NCBI GenBank assembly: GCA_024643345.1
Contig: JAHENB010000009.1
Location: forward strand, 2,132-66,131
DNA from: Maribacter sp.
Lineage (GTDB): Bacteria; Bacteroidota; Bacteroidia; Flavobacteriales; Flavobacteriaceae
DNA: 64,000 nt
Reading direction: 5' to 3'
Below, piece after piece: positions 8,513-17,759 of the stretch. A program made the position numbers and the translations under genes. Below the pieces are notes generated by a model. The model was not told where the DNA came from, ran no database searches, and saw only the letters and a list, made by a program, of their open reading frames with translations. Every line of letters starts with the position of its first letter. Positions within the stretch are counted from its first letter, which is position 1.

Positions 8513-10732
8513 CTAGTTTTTTGATTTTATTTGATCGAATTCGGAGGGTGCTTCAATTCTTGGAAACGCATTGTTTTCGGTATCTACATCGGCAAACTCA
8601 AAATTGGGATCAAGTGTTACCTGCACCACCTCCTTTTCCTTTACAAAGGTCTTTTTGATCGTTTGTTCATTGAGACGCCATACTTCTGCGGGCAATCTGT
8701 CAATTTCCGTGGTTCCATCTTTATAGGTCCAGGAAATACTGATCGGCATGATCAGCCCGCCCACATTTTTAATCGTCAGTTCATAGATGTTTTTCTCTGA
8801 AAGTTGTTTGCGGAGCTCGGGCTCGTCAAGCCTGGAAAGGAATTCGCCGAATTGTTGATCGCTGGTGGAGACCATGGTAATGTCCTCTGGCCCGGACGAA
8901 AAATCACTGTTTTCCCCGTCGGAGTTTTCGCCGGGTATTTTTAGGCTTACCTTTTTGTTCTGGTTTTCGATGTTGATATCCTTTTCCAACACTTTAAACC
9001 ATTTTACTTGCGACAGTTCCATATCTACCTGATCGGTCGTAAAGAACCAACCCCTGAAAAACCAGTCGAGATCGGTGGCCGTGGCGTCTTCCAAGGTCCT
9101 GAAAAGATCGGCAGGGTTGGGGTGTTTATACTTCCACCGGTTCGCATATTCCTTAAAGGCCTCATCGAACAGGGCTGGCCCGATCACCGAATTTCTCAAT
9201 ATCTGCAGACCAATGGTGGGCTTGTTATAAAAATTGGCACCCATTTGCGTCAACAACTCATTGTCGGAAGTCGTCATAATAGGGCGCATAATGCTTTTAT
9301 CCCCGCTCATATAGGGGACAATGTCTTTGGGCGTTATGCTATGGTGTTCAGGGTACCTTTCCGCCATGGTTTTTTGATCGAGATAGGTGTTCAATCCTTC
9401 ATCCATCCACATCCATTGCCTTTCATCGGAGCTTACGATCATGGGGAACCAGTTGTGGCCTACCTCATGAACGATGGTACGTATCATGCCCCCTTTGGCC
9501 TGGCTACTCATTTTTCCGTCGACCGGGCGCCCTCCGTTAAAACTGATCATGGGGAATTCCATGCCAATATTGGAGGTGTTCACGGAGTTGGCCACGGGAT
9601 ATGGGTATTCAAAAGTCGCTTCGGAATACACTTGCAGGGCAGCGATAATGGCCTTGGTCGATTCTTCGCGCCACACGGGCAAGCCTTCCTTAGGGTAGAA
9701 AGACATGGCCATGGTGGTGTGGTCGGAGAACTTGACCGCTTGGGCGTCCCAAATGAATTTACGTGACGACGCAAAGGCAAAGTCCCTGACATTTTTGGCG
9801 CTGAACTTCCACGTTTTTGATCTGTCCGCTTTTTTACTTTCCTTGAGTTTGGCCTCCTCTGGGGTAATGATCATTACGGGTTTATCATAGGAAGTGCGGG
9901 CAAGGTCGATTCTTTGTCGCTGCACGGGGCTCAGTACCGTTTCACTGTTTTCCAGTGTTCCTGTAGCCGCAACGATATGGTCTTCGGGCACTTTGATCTC
10001 TACATTGTAATCCCCAAACTCCAACGCGAACTCTCCCAAACGCTGAAATTGCTTGTTTTGCCAACCTTCGGTGTCATTATAGACAGCCATTCTGGGAAAC
10101 CAATGGGCAATAAGAAAAACGGTATTGCCGTCTTCCGGGAAGTATTCATAACCTTCCCTGGATAGTATAAACTTAGAGCGGTCAGTAATGGGGTAGGACC
10201 AGCCAATTGAAAACCGCAAGGAGCTCCCCGATGGTAGCGGCTCTTTGAGCCTTACTTTCATCATGGTATGGTTCACCATGGTGTTCATGTCTTTTCCAGA
10301 GGCGTCTTTCACATATTTAATAGTGTAGCCCGCAGGAAATTCAATGGCCCGGGTAAGGTATTGCATTTTTAGCGTACTTATCGAATCCTTGATACCCCCG
10401 AGGGCATCCCCAAAATCTTCTCCATCCTTACGGTTAACGTTCTGATCGAGCTGTATCCATAAATAACTAAGAGCATCAGGGGAATTATTGAAATATGTAA
10501 TGGTCTCTTCCCCACTCAAGGTGTTGTTCGCTTCGTTTATTTCGGCCTTAATTTCATAATTGGCCCGCTGTTGCCAATAGTCCCGACCCGGAGCCCCACT
10601 GGCAGTTCTATAGGTGCTTGGAGGGGTGATCATGTTATCGATAGGTTCGAACTTTCCCTTCCAGGGTTGCTCTTGTGCCTGGAGTACTGTTGTTAATAAA
10701 GATGCAAATAGTATTGTGATAATGCCTTTCAT
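8513..10732 (-). CDS. M1-family zinc metallopeptidase (aminopeptidase N-like), exported
   Basis: 739 aa with a signal peptide. It has an intact HEVGHNWF-(18)-WMDEGLNTY zinc motif and the exopeptidase motif GMEFPM. Confidence 0.9.
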   Translation of the reverse strand: MKGIITILFASLLTTVLQAQEQPWKGKFEPIDNMITPPSTYRTASGAPGRDYWQQRANYEIKAEINEANNTLSGEETITYFNNSPDALSYLWIQLDQNVNRKDGEDFGDALGGIKDSISTLKMQYLTRAIEFPAGYTIKYVKDASGKDMNTMVNHTMMKVRLKEPLPSGSSLRFSIGWSYPITDRSKFILSREGYEYFPEDGNTVFLIAHWFPRMAVYNDTEGWQNKQFQRLGEFALEFGDYNVEIKVPEDHIVAATGTLENSETVLSPVQRQRIDLARTSYDKPVMIITPEEAKLKESKKADRSKTWKFSAKNVRDFAFASSRKFIWDAQAVKFSDHTTMAMSFYPKEGLPVWREESTKAIIAALQVYSEATFEYPYPVANSVNTSNIGMEFPMISFNGGRPVDGKMSSQAKGGMIRTIVHEVGHNWFPMIVSSDERQWMWMDEGLNTYLDQKTMAERYPEHHSITPKDIVPYMSGDKSIMRPIMTTSDNELLTQMGANFYNKPTIGLQILRNSVIGPALFDEAFKEYANRWKYKHPNPADLFRTLEDATATDLDWFFRGWFFTTDQVDMELSQVKWFKVLEKDINIENQNKKVSLKIPGENSDGENSDFSSGPEDITMVSTSDQQFGEFLSRLDEPELRKQLSEKNIYELTIKNVGGLIMPISISWTYKDGTTEIDRLPAEVWRLNEQTIKKTFVKEKEVVQVTLDPNFEFADVDTENNAFPRIEAPSEFDQIKSKN

Positions 10733-10964
10733 AGAATCGATATTAATAGATTTTTAATTTAAAAAAAAATGAATATTAAAATGAAGCGCCATTATTTTTC
10801 CTTGATAGGGTGGACCATCTGTCTAAAAGTAGCGTTTGTACATTTCATTTATGGTTTCTGTATGGGCTAAGATACCGATATTTAACAATGGCTGGTAAAA
10901 AATTTCGGCGCAAGGCCCATAAGATGCGTATTGCCTTCGCAGGTAAGGCATTGGATTAAAATGA

Positions 10965-12140
10965 TTATAATCCGTCCAACAACACCGTCCTTCGAAGTTG
11001 CAGGAAGTTCAAAGTTCGTTCTAAATCGAATATGGCTTCTTCCAGGACGAATTCGTCTTTATCTAAATATTTTGTAACCCTTCCGTTTACGGGATTTTTG
11101 GAAAGCACTTCCAATTCTCCCAACACCTTATTTTTCATGGTATTCAAAAGGGTACTGTCCATGGCTTGCAATAACGGCTTAAAGACCTCCTTATAGCGGT
11201 CATATACAAAATCGTCTGCCGCAATGGTCCGGTCAAGATCGTCTTCCAGGGAGAAAATCATCCTTTCCCTATAATATTGGTTTCTGGCCACCTTTCCCTC
11301 ATGGGGATAGTCCATCAAAAGATCGTCATAATCCCAGGCCATGACCTCGAACAATTCGGTTTTAGGGCTGATGTATAGAAAGAGCTCATCGGCATAGTCT
11401 CCATTTTTAATGAAATAATTGAATCCGAGCCATTTAAAATAAGCCTCGGTATGCAAGAGATGGGAAAGATGATCATAGAGCATGTTGGCCTCCATTTTGC
11501 CTGTTCTATAGAGATCGTAGTACTGTTTTCTATATTTTTTGATGGCCTCTTTTGAATCGGTCTCAATATATTCATGATCGATGGCATGGTCAGCACCGCG
11601 TCTTACCATGTAGGGACTGTTTAAATTTGCCGATGCTGCCTGTGGTTTCTCTACCAACAGGTATATTCCCTGGGGCACATCATTGACCCAGACCGTGCAA
11701 TACGAATTAAAGGGTGGAAAAATACCAAGATTTGAAAGCATTAAAAAAGACCAACGGTTGTGCCAGAGGTTCTTGTCCATGGCCAAATTGAGCAGGTCGA
11801 ACTTTTTCAGAGGCATCGATGAGCCACTTGATTGCATGGCGATTGGATCTGAAAGCTCCACAGAGTAAGATTTACGTTTATAGTTGAGGGTATTGTTCCC
11901 CCTTAAATGCAAAGATTTTAAATCGGTAGCAGCTCCGTTGAAGCGCATTTCAGCATCCTTGAAGTCTAACTTAGAGCCCTTTTCGTTTTGCAGTCTACTA
12001 AATTGACGATCTGACATATAAATTCGAAACTCGGGAAAGTCCATATTAATGGTATTTGTTTCGTTTTGGGCAAAGGAAACAGCAATACCCAAGACCCCTA
12101 AAATGCATAGCAAACTGAAATGATGAATGAATTTTTTCAT
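10965..12140 (-). CDS. CotH-like atypical kinase-fold protein, secreted
   Basis: 391 aa with a signal peptide. LHLRGNNTLNYKRKSYSVEL, GIYLLVEKPQ and NGDYADE...WDYDD match the CotH (PF08757) pattern as I remember it. Confidence 0.6.
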   Translation of the reverse strand: MKKFIHHFSLLCILGVLGIAVSFAQNETNTINMDFPEFRIYMSDRQFSRLQNEKGSKLDFKDAEMRFNGAATDLKSLHLRGNNTLNYKRKSYSVELSDPIAMQSSGSSMPLKKFDLLNLAMDKNLWHNRWSFLMLSNLGIFPPFNSYCTVWVNDVPQGIYLLVEKPQAASANLNSPYMVRRGADHAIDHEYIETDSKEAIKKYRKQYYDLYRTGKMEANMLYDHLSHLLHTEAYFKWLGFNYFIKNGDYADELFLYISPKTELFEVMAWDYDDLLMDYPHEGKVARNQYYRERMIFSLEDDLDRTIAADDFVYDRYKEVFKPLLQAMDSTLLNTMKNKVLGELEVLSKNPVNGRVTKYLDKDEFVLEEAIFDLERTLNFLQLRRTVLLDGL

Positions 12141-12316
12141 AGCGCTTGTTTTAGCTGTAATACCCCATGTTTTTGACGGATGTTATTTCAAGATTGCCAA
12201 TTAATACCGAACGCACAAAGCACTTCTGACGAAACGTCAAATTTATTGTCCGGAATGGATCGTTTTTTGATCAAGCTGAGATGGAATGGTACCCATGCTT
12301 CCTTTCATTTTAAACA

Positions 12317-12661
12317 CTAATGCTCCTTGAGCGTATAAGTTGCGATATCAGCATCATGAAAAAGCACCATTTCCCCATCGGTCCGAGGGTTGATCAGGGC
12401 CGAAGCGTGTACGATGCCCAGATCTATATCAATGGCCAGGGTAACGAATGAGGAATTCGATTTTTCGAGCCAATTGATGAAATAGGTGTTCTCATTGATT
12501 TTTTTGGCCATGTAGGCACTGCCATCTCCCTTTGTCCCATTATGGGGCCCGGCAATCCATTCATATTTAAGGAGCCCATCATAAAAATCAATCTTGACCG
12601 TGCCCAGTTCTGGGTAGGTATAGGTAAAACTGCTGCCGTCTAAATTTTTGCTCTGTTTCAT
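12317..12661 (-). CDS. small calycin-like protein (phenolic acid decarboxylase / MoaF-like pattern)
   Basis: 114 aa with no signal peptide. FTYTYPELG..KIDFYDG..KYEWIAGPHNG..YFINWLEKSNSSFVTLAID resembles the N-terminal half of PadC-type beta-barrels. The assignment is weak. Confidence 0.5.
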   Translation of the reverse strand: MKQSKNLDGSSFTYTYPELGTVKIDFYDGLLKYEWIAGPHNGTKGDGSAYMAKKINENTYFINWLEKSNSSFVTLAIDIDLGIVHASALINPRTDGEMVLFHDADIATYTLKEH

Positions 12662-12709
12662 TTTGTGCTGGTTCTGGTCGTTGATTTTGAAGGATTATTG
12701 AGACACTTT

Positions 12710-13789
12710 TTAGTTGTCTCTGTTCATTCCACGAATCACTACATTCCCCGTACCGGAGGGGTCACAGGGATAGGTAAATGCTTTTCTGGACTTTACGGGA
12801 TCATTGATGGTTTCATAGAAGGCATCCAGAAAAGAGCGTGTTTCTTTCTTGTATTGATCTTTCAATAAAGGGTTGTCGGCATATAGGCCATAAATATCGG
12901 CCTTCAGCAAATTAAAGTTTTCAAATATGGGTTCGAACTTTTTCATGTCCTGAAGGCAATATCCCCTATACCTGCGTTCCAATGTCGACTGCATGCGCAA
13001 CTGAGGCGCAGGGTGGGCATAGGGTGCCCTAACGATACCGGCGTGATCAAAATCGTAAGGCACGGCAATGGGCAGGCTTTTGGCGTCTTCGGTGATCAGC
13101 TTGATATTTTGAAGGTATTCGACGGACCAATCGGTATTGCCGATCATATATTGAAAAACGGCCATTTTGAGATAGTCTTCCTGGGGTATCCCGAGTTTGG
13201 GCAGGTTCTTGGTTTTGATCGGCTTTGATGCATTTCTTTTGCCCATCAGCTTTTCATCTTCCAGTAGAATGCCGTAATAGGCATCTGACACCCTATTTTT
13301 AACGGTATCTTGATAGATCATCCTAACCAATCGGGCCCTAAAACTTTTGGGAGTCATTAAATTATAGAGCCTGTATACCAAGTACTCATTGATGACATAG
13401 GCATCATCTTGGCACGGGGTCACCAATTTCAACCTGTCTTGCTCTTGAAATAAAGTACCATCCCTAGGTTGCGATTTTGAAAAATTCAGGAGTAGCGGAG
13501 GATAATTGCAGTTCGAAGATTTCTTACGAAAATGGCCTCGCGTCTTGATCCTAACGGGAACCACAAGCGAGTCTGAATCCTCTTGGTAGATTAAGCTGGC
13601 ATTATAATACGCCGAGTTATCCTTGCGGTCCCTAAAGGCGTTTTTTAGGTCTCCCCGCAAAATCAAAGTCAGCACTTCATCAGAATCGAAAAGGGGGGAT
13701 GCTTGTCCAGTCAAATTTTGCAAGCCGAATAGCGACACCAAAATCAGCAATAAAGACAATTGTTTATTATGAATAAAGAAAGTAACCAT
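12710..13789 (-). CDS. distant CotH-like kinase-fold protein, secreted
   Basis: 359 aa with a signal peptide. IKTRGHFRKKSSNCNYPPLLLNF, YYGILLEDEK and MIGNTDWSVEYLQN...PYDFDHAG follow the same order of motifs as CotH. It is strongly diverged from the 391-aa copy. Confidence 0.5.
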   Translation of the reverse strand: MVTFFIHNKQLSLLLILVSLFGLQNLTGQASPLFDSDEVLTLILRGDLKNAFRDRKDNSAYYNASLIYQEDSDSLVVPVRIKTRGHFRKKSSNCNYPPLLLNFSKSQPRDGTLFQEQDRLKLVTPCQDDAYVINEYLVYRLYNLMTPKSFRARLVRMIYQDTVKNRVSDAYYGILLEDEKLMGKRNASKPIKTKNLPKLGIPQEDYLKMAVFQYMIGNTDWSVEYLQNIKLITEDAKSLPIAVPYDFDHAGIVRAPYAHPAPQLRMQSTLERRYRGYCLQDMKKFEPIFENFNLLKADIYGLYADNPLLKDQYKKETRSFLDAFYETINDPVKSRKAFTYPCDPSGTGNVVIRGMNRDN

Positions 13790-13951
13790 CGGTTAAGAGT
13801 GGTAGGTTTATACTCTCCCTAAGGTACTGAGAATTCTTAAAATACGAGAATGGTTAGAAAATAAACAGAGCGAATTTCGATCGACTCACGATTTGCCGAC
13901 GCGCCGGCTCCTTAAAATCGAAGTTCACTTTACTTTTTGGCCATGGAGAAA

Positions 13952-14923
13952 TCAGTCTTTTACATTGATCAAAACAGCTTCACAGCTCTTCAGATCCGAA
14001 TTCAAAACGATGTTTTCCGAATCGATCTTATCCTTGATTTCAATGGAAACCGTGTTGGGCGGATATTTTCCAAGGTTGTGGGCATATAGAAATAGATCAT
14101 TAGGTTTGGAAGCATCGAGTTGTATATCGAATTTTTGTTTTTGATAGGTGAGCGCGTAGTTAGAAACTACCGCTACACCATTGAGATAGATTGAAACCAC
14201 ATCACCGTCTTTTCTGCCATGGTCCCATAAACTGATGCTTATATCCGCATTGTTTACGTTCATTTCCTTGATATAGGTGATCTTTCGGCCCTCGAAAGTA
14301 TTCCGAACCGGTGTCTCCTCAATTACTACTGTTGCCTCTTCGGGTTCTGCCACGACCATTTCTTTGATGATTTCGGGTTGAACAGTCTTTTTTCGTGGTG
14401 CTTTATTAATAGTGAAAAAAGCAGTAGCGTATTTTGCGATATGATCTTTATCGGCTGGAAACATTTCTATGCCCATCACACGATAGTTATTACCGGCCGG
14501 TAATGATCTGTCCAATGAAACACCATCCACAAAATTATTGTTCTCGAACCTGCCCAATTCTTGAACGACCATATCGTCTTTGACCAGATAAAATCGTATC
14601 GCCCTGTCTACAGGAATATTCTTGGTATACCATTTCAGTTCCACTGGATCGGGAATGGTCCAAACCGTACCTTCACTGGGGTAGGTAATTTCCAGGGCGG
14701 TTCGTTCAGCGATAATGCGCTGATCCGTTAATTCCGCCAAATCGTCTTTTTGCCATTGGTGAAACCTAAAATCAGAAGTATCGGTGCACAAGGACAGATC
14801 TGTTTTGGCAGCTTCCGTCGTATGGGCATGAATAGTAAGAAGTGGACAAAGGAAAAGGGCATATAGATAAAAAAGCAGTTTATGATCTGCAAACTTTAGG
14901 CTCCCTGAATATTTTGTTTTCAT
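13952..14923 (-). CDS. hypothetical secreted protein
   Basis: 323-aa ORF with a hydrophobic N-terminal segment LLFYLYALFLCPLLTIHA. I recognise no family. The C-terminal module contains WDHGRKDGDVVSIYLNG. Confidence 0.65.
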   Translation of the reverse strand: MKTKYSGSLKFADHKLLFYLYALFLCPLLTIHAHTTEAAKTDLSLCTDTSDFRFHQWQKDDLAELTDQRIIAERTALEITYPSEGTVWTIPDPVELKWYTKNIPVDRAIRFYLVKDDMVVQELGRFENNNFVDGVSLDRSLPAGNNYRVMGIEMFPADKDHIAKYATAFFTINKAPRKKTVQPEIIKEMVVAEPEEATVVIEETPVRNTFEGRKITYIKEMNVNNADISISLWDHGRKDGDVVSIYLNGVAVVSNYALTYQKQKFDIQLDASKPNDLFLYAHNLGKYPPNTVSIEIKDKIDSENIVLNSDLKSCEAVLINVKD

Positions 14924-15095
14924 AATTTACGAGAAAGAGGTGGTACTTCCATAGATCGTTCCTTCATTTAAATATGGGTCAAAGCGTATATTTATTATTG
15001 CATTTCATCCTTTATACCTTCAAATAACTAACGTAAAAGCATGTCGAATATTGTGGTCACTGGTCGACCAAGCACTATAGATTGCGGATTGAACC

Positions 15096-15141
15096 AAAAA
15101 AAAACGGACGAAGCAACTTACATAGTGTTCATCCGTTTTTG
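15096..15141 (-). terminator. intrinsic terminator (strong on the minus strand, weaker on the plus strand)
   Basis: On the minus strand the stem is ACGGATGAA/TTCGTCCGT (9 bp, one G-U) followed by a run of 9 T (A9 at 15096-15104 on plus). On the plus strand the same hairpin is followed by TTTT. Confidence 0.55.
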
Positions 15142-15883
15142 AAGTGCTAATTCAAATAATCAAGTAATTATAATACTATGTTTGGGTAGTATGGGCAGGG
15201 CGACCAGAGTAGCCCCATTTTTGACCATTATGGATAATCGTCTAGGGGAATCATCTTTGGTTTGGCCCATTATTGTTAAAAGAAATAATTGTTGTGGAGA
15301 TAAACGATTGCTCAAGTACGAATGATGCCGTTTTTTGTCCGAAGGGCGGATTTTGTTTACCGGGCCTTCCCTTAGAATAAAATGATAAAGGTTATAATTG
15401 AGATAAAATAGACCTTATGGGGTCTAGGAAATTTGAAGTCCAGACCACAAAGGCCATTTACCAATAGATATCGGTAGTTCTGGGACGAACAGGCCGTAGG
15501 CTAAATTCAACAGGTACATGTACCAAAGTTCCTGTTATGGCCAAAGAATACCAATTCCGGACCTTTCGGTCTGGTCCTTGGGTCTTTATTCGATAAAGGG
15601 CCTATAATTTATAGATCAGAATGTACATCGACCAAAGAATACAGAAAGTGCAAAAAATATAGAGCACGTAGGTAAAAGTATTTTTATTGTTCATAAGACA
15701 CGGTTTATTGTATTAAAACCGATATATGAAGCAGAAACTATTTAAGCCCCGTGCAAAGGGCAGAATATTCGATTTGAGGAACAAAAATCGTTTAAAAGGG
15801 TTTTTCATCTACCAACGGTTACCACATAAAACTTCGCATAACCTTAAAAATTAACCCTTTATCGACAAACGGAAACCCATGGA

Positions 15884-16996
15884 TCAAACCATTACCTTTT
15901 TTAAGGCCCTATCGAACATTTCCATTTCCTGAGTGGTTCCGGTGCTGATTCGCGCCCATTCGTAAAATGGAGGGAACGGTCTGCCGATAACAACATCTTC
16001 TTTGCGCATCTCGGCCATCAGTTCATTGATGTGCCTTCCCGTTTTAAAGAACACAAAATTGGTGTGCGATTTGATGTGTTCCAAACCCAAATCGTTCAGG
16101 GTAGCGTAAATTTGTCTTTTTGCCTCTTCGTTCTTTCCCAGACTGAACTTGTAAAATTCATCATCGATAAGGGCCTCTTTAGCAGCGGCAATGGCCAACA
16201 TATTCGTATTTGCCATTACGGCATCATTGAGGCGAGCTGCTATGTCGGGCCTGGCGATCAGATATCCCAATCTCAATCCCGCTAGGCCGTATACTTTGGA
16301 AAAGGTTTTGGAGACGATTACGTTCCGACCTTGCTTAACCAACTCGACCATCGAAGGATAATCGGGTTCAGTAATGAAATCGTAATAGGCCTCATCACTA
16401 AAAATGACGGCTTTTTCATCCAATGAGCTACAAAAATCGCGCAGTTTGTTTTTATCTAACAAGGTTCCCGTAGGATTGTTGGGGTTACAGATAAAAATAA
16501 GCCTGGTTTTACTGGTGACCCTTTGCGCCATAGCTTCCAAATCATGGCCATAGTCCTTATCAACCGGTACCCTATGTACATAGGCGCCAAAACCCTCAGC
16601 ATAGTTCAACATCGCCTGGAAGGTGGGATCGGCGGCAATGATTTCGCCACCTGCTATACCATAAACCAAACCGGTTGCATGCAGCCCTTCCGTTGACCCC
16701 CCCGTCATTACCACATGGTCATTGCTCACACCTTCTTTCTCGGCAATCATGTCAACCAAGCCATTCAACGCCTGAAACGGATAGCGACAGGCCACATCGA
16801 AGGAATTGGTTATGGCCTTCCTGACCCGTTCCGAAGGCCCATAGGGGTTCTCATTGGAATTTAGCTTGGCTAAAGGGGCGTCGGCCATTAAACGAGATGG
16901 GATGGTCAATGCCATGCTATCCAGACCGCCCATTAGGGCAAAACCACCAGAAAGTCCAATGGTTCTGAGCCATTGTCTACGATCTATATTTTTCAT
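15884..16996 (-). CDS. histidinol-phosphate-aminotransferase-family PLP enzyme with a Tat signal
   Basis: 370 aa. It carries NSNENPYGPS and the PLP-lysine motif SKTFSKVYGLAGLRLGY. The N-terminus DRRQWLRTIGLSGGFALMGG is twin-arginine-like. Confidence 0.85.
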   Translation of the reverse strand: MKNIDRRQWLRTIGLSGGFALMGGLDSMALTIPSRLMADAPLAKLNSNENPYGPSERVRKAITNSFDVACRYPFQALNGLVDMIAEKEGVSNDHVVMTGGSTEGLHATGLVYGIAGGEIIAADPTFQAMLNYAEGFGAYVHRVPVDKDYGHDLEAMAQRVTSKTRLIFICNPNNPTGTLLDKNKLRDFCSSLDEKAVIFSDEAYYDFITEPDYPSMVELVKQGRNVIVSKTFSKVYGLAGLRLGYLIARPDIAARLNDAVMANTNMLAIAAAKEALIDDEFYKFSLGKNEEAKRQIYATLNDLGLEHIKSHTNFVFFKTGRHINELMAEMRKEDVVIGRPFPPFYEWARISTGTTQEMEMFDRALKKVMV

Positions 16997-17179
16997 AGGA
17001 TTTAATTATGAAAAAAAGATACAAATAATAAATGATTCAAAATGGCTTAATCGCAGAGCATGTCGCCAAAAATTGTTTTTATGGGGAAACCGGGATCACT
17101 AAGAAGTTGCAATAACGGTGGCAAAAATAACCCGGACGGTTGTATTCAAGAGGTGCGCTAGGTAATTTGGAAAGGTTGC

Positions 17180-17743
17180 CTATAGTTGAAATTCCCCGCT
17201 TTCTTGGTCTTTTTCTTCTATTTTGGCAACGATGAAAACGTCTTTTAAAATATATAACGTTACAATGAAAAAACCGGATAGAAGCATGGGTGTGGCGAAT
17301 TCCCATTGCAGAATTTTCAAAAGACTGCCCAATATTATGGCCAGGGTGCCTAGGACCATGGCAATATTCCACCAGATCTGGGCAGCGCTGTTCTTGGCCC
17401 TACGATCAACATCCATAAAATATGCGGTTCCTTCCATGATAAACCAAGTAATGAATGAAATACCCGTAACCACTTGAAAGAAAATCGTATAGGGAAAATC
17501 AAGAATTCTAAAAACACCGTTCATCGTCCAAAAAGTGACCAATACCAATTTAACGTAGTCAACGAATACTTTTGGGTTTTTTTTCCAAAAACGAAGGCTG
17601 TACAAAATAGCGATGGTCGAAAAGGCAAAAATGATCACGGCCGGAGCATAGGACCATTGGAGTATTTTGGCTAAAATTCCCAACAGTAGTATAGACAAGG
17701 CTATTCTTAAAGGGGTCGTTAAAATCTTTTTTGCGATTGACAT
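17180..17743 (-). CDS. polytopic membrane protein with an internal repeat
   Basis: 187 aa. LGILAKILQWSYAP near the N-terminus is repeated as LGSLLKILQWEFATP near the C-terminus. There are about 6 hydrophobic helices. Confidence 0.7.
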   Translation of the reverse strand: MSIAKKILTTPLRIALSILLLGILAKILQWSYAPAVIIFAFSTIAILYSLRFWKKNPKVFVDYVKLVLVTFWTMNGVFRILDFPYTIFFQVVTGISFITWFIMEGTAYFMDVDRRAKNSAAQIWWNIAMVLGTLAIILGSLLKILQWEFATPMLLSGFFIVTLYILKDVFIVAKIEEKDQESGEFQL

Positions 17744-17759
17744 GACGTTGGGTTTTACA

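Noticed and set aside
8895-8930. Short tandem GENSD-GENSD coding repeat in the M1 peptidase C-terminal region
   Set aside because: It is a single 15-nt imperfect duplication in a linker, too short to be meaningful.
9008-9766. 252-aa plus-strand ORF
   Set aside because: It is an antisense shadow inside the M1 peptidase gene, which has intact catalytic motifs. It has a low-complexity G/H/R-rich translation. The same reasoning applies to 6368-6859 and 20068-20526.
10761-10769. A9 tract 29 nt upstream of the M1 peptidase start, considered as a possible phase-variation site
   Set aside because: It is an intergenic AT-rich promoter region where such runs are common. There is no evidence that it sets promoter spacing.
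15431-15455. GAAGTCC string, considered as a possible RNase P RNA core
   Set aside because: The other conserved RNase P blocks are absent from the gap, and the surrounding sequence does not fit the expected helices.
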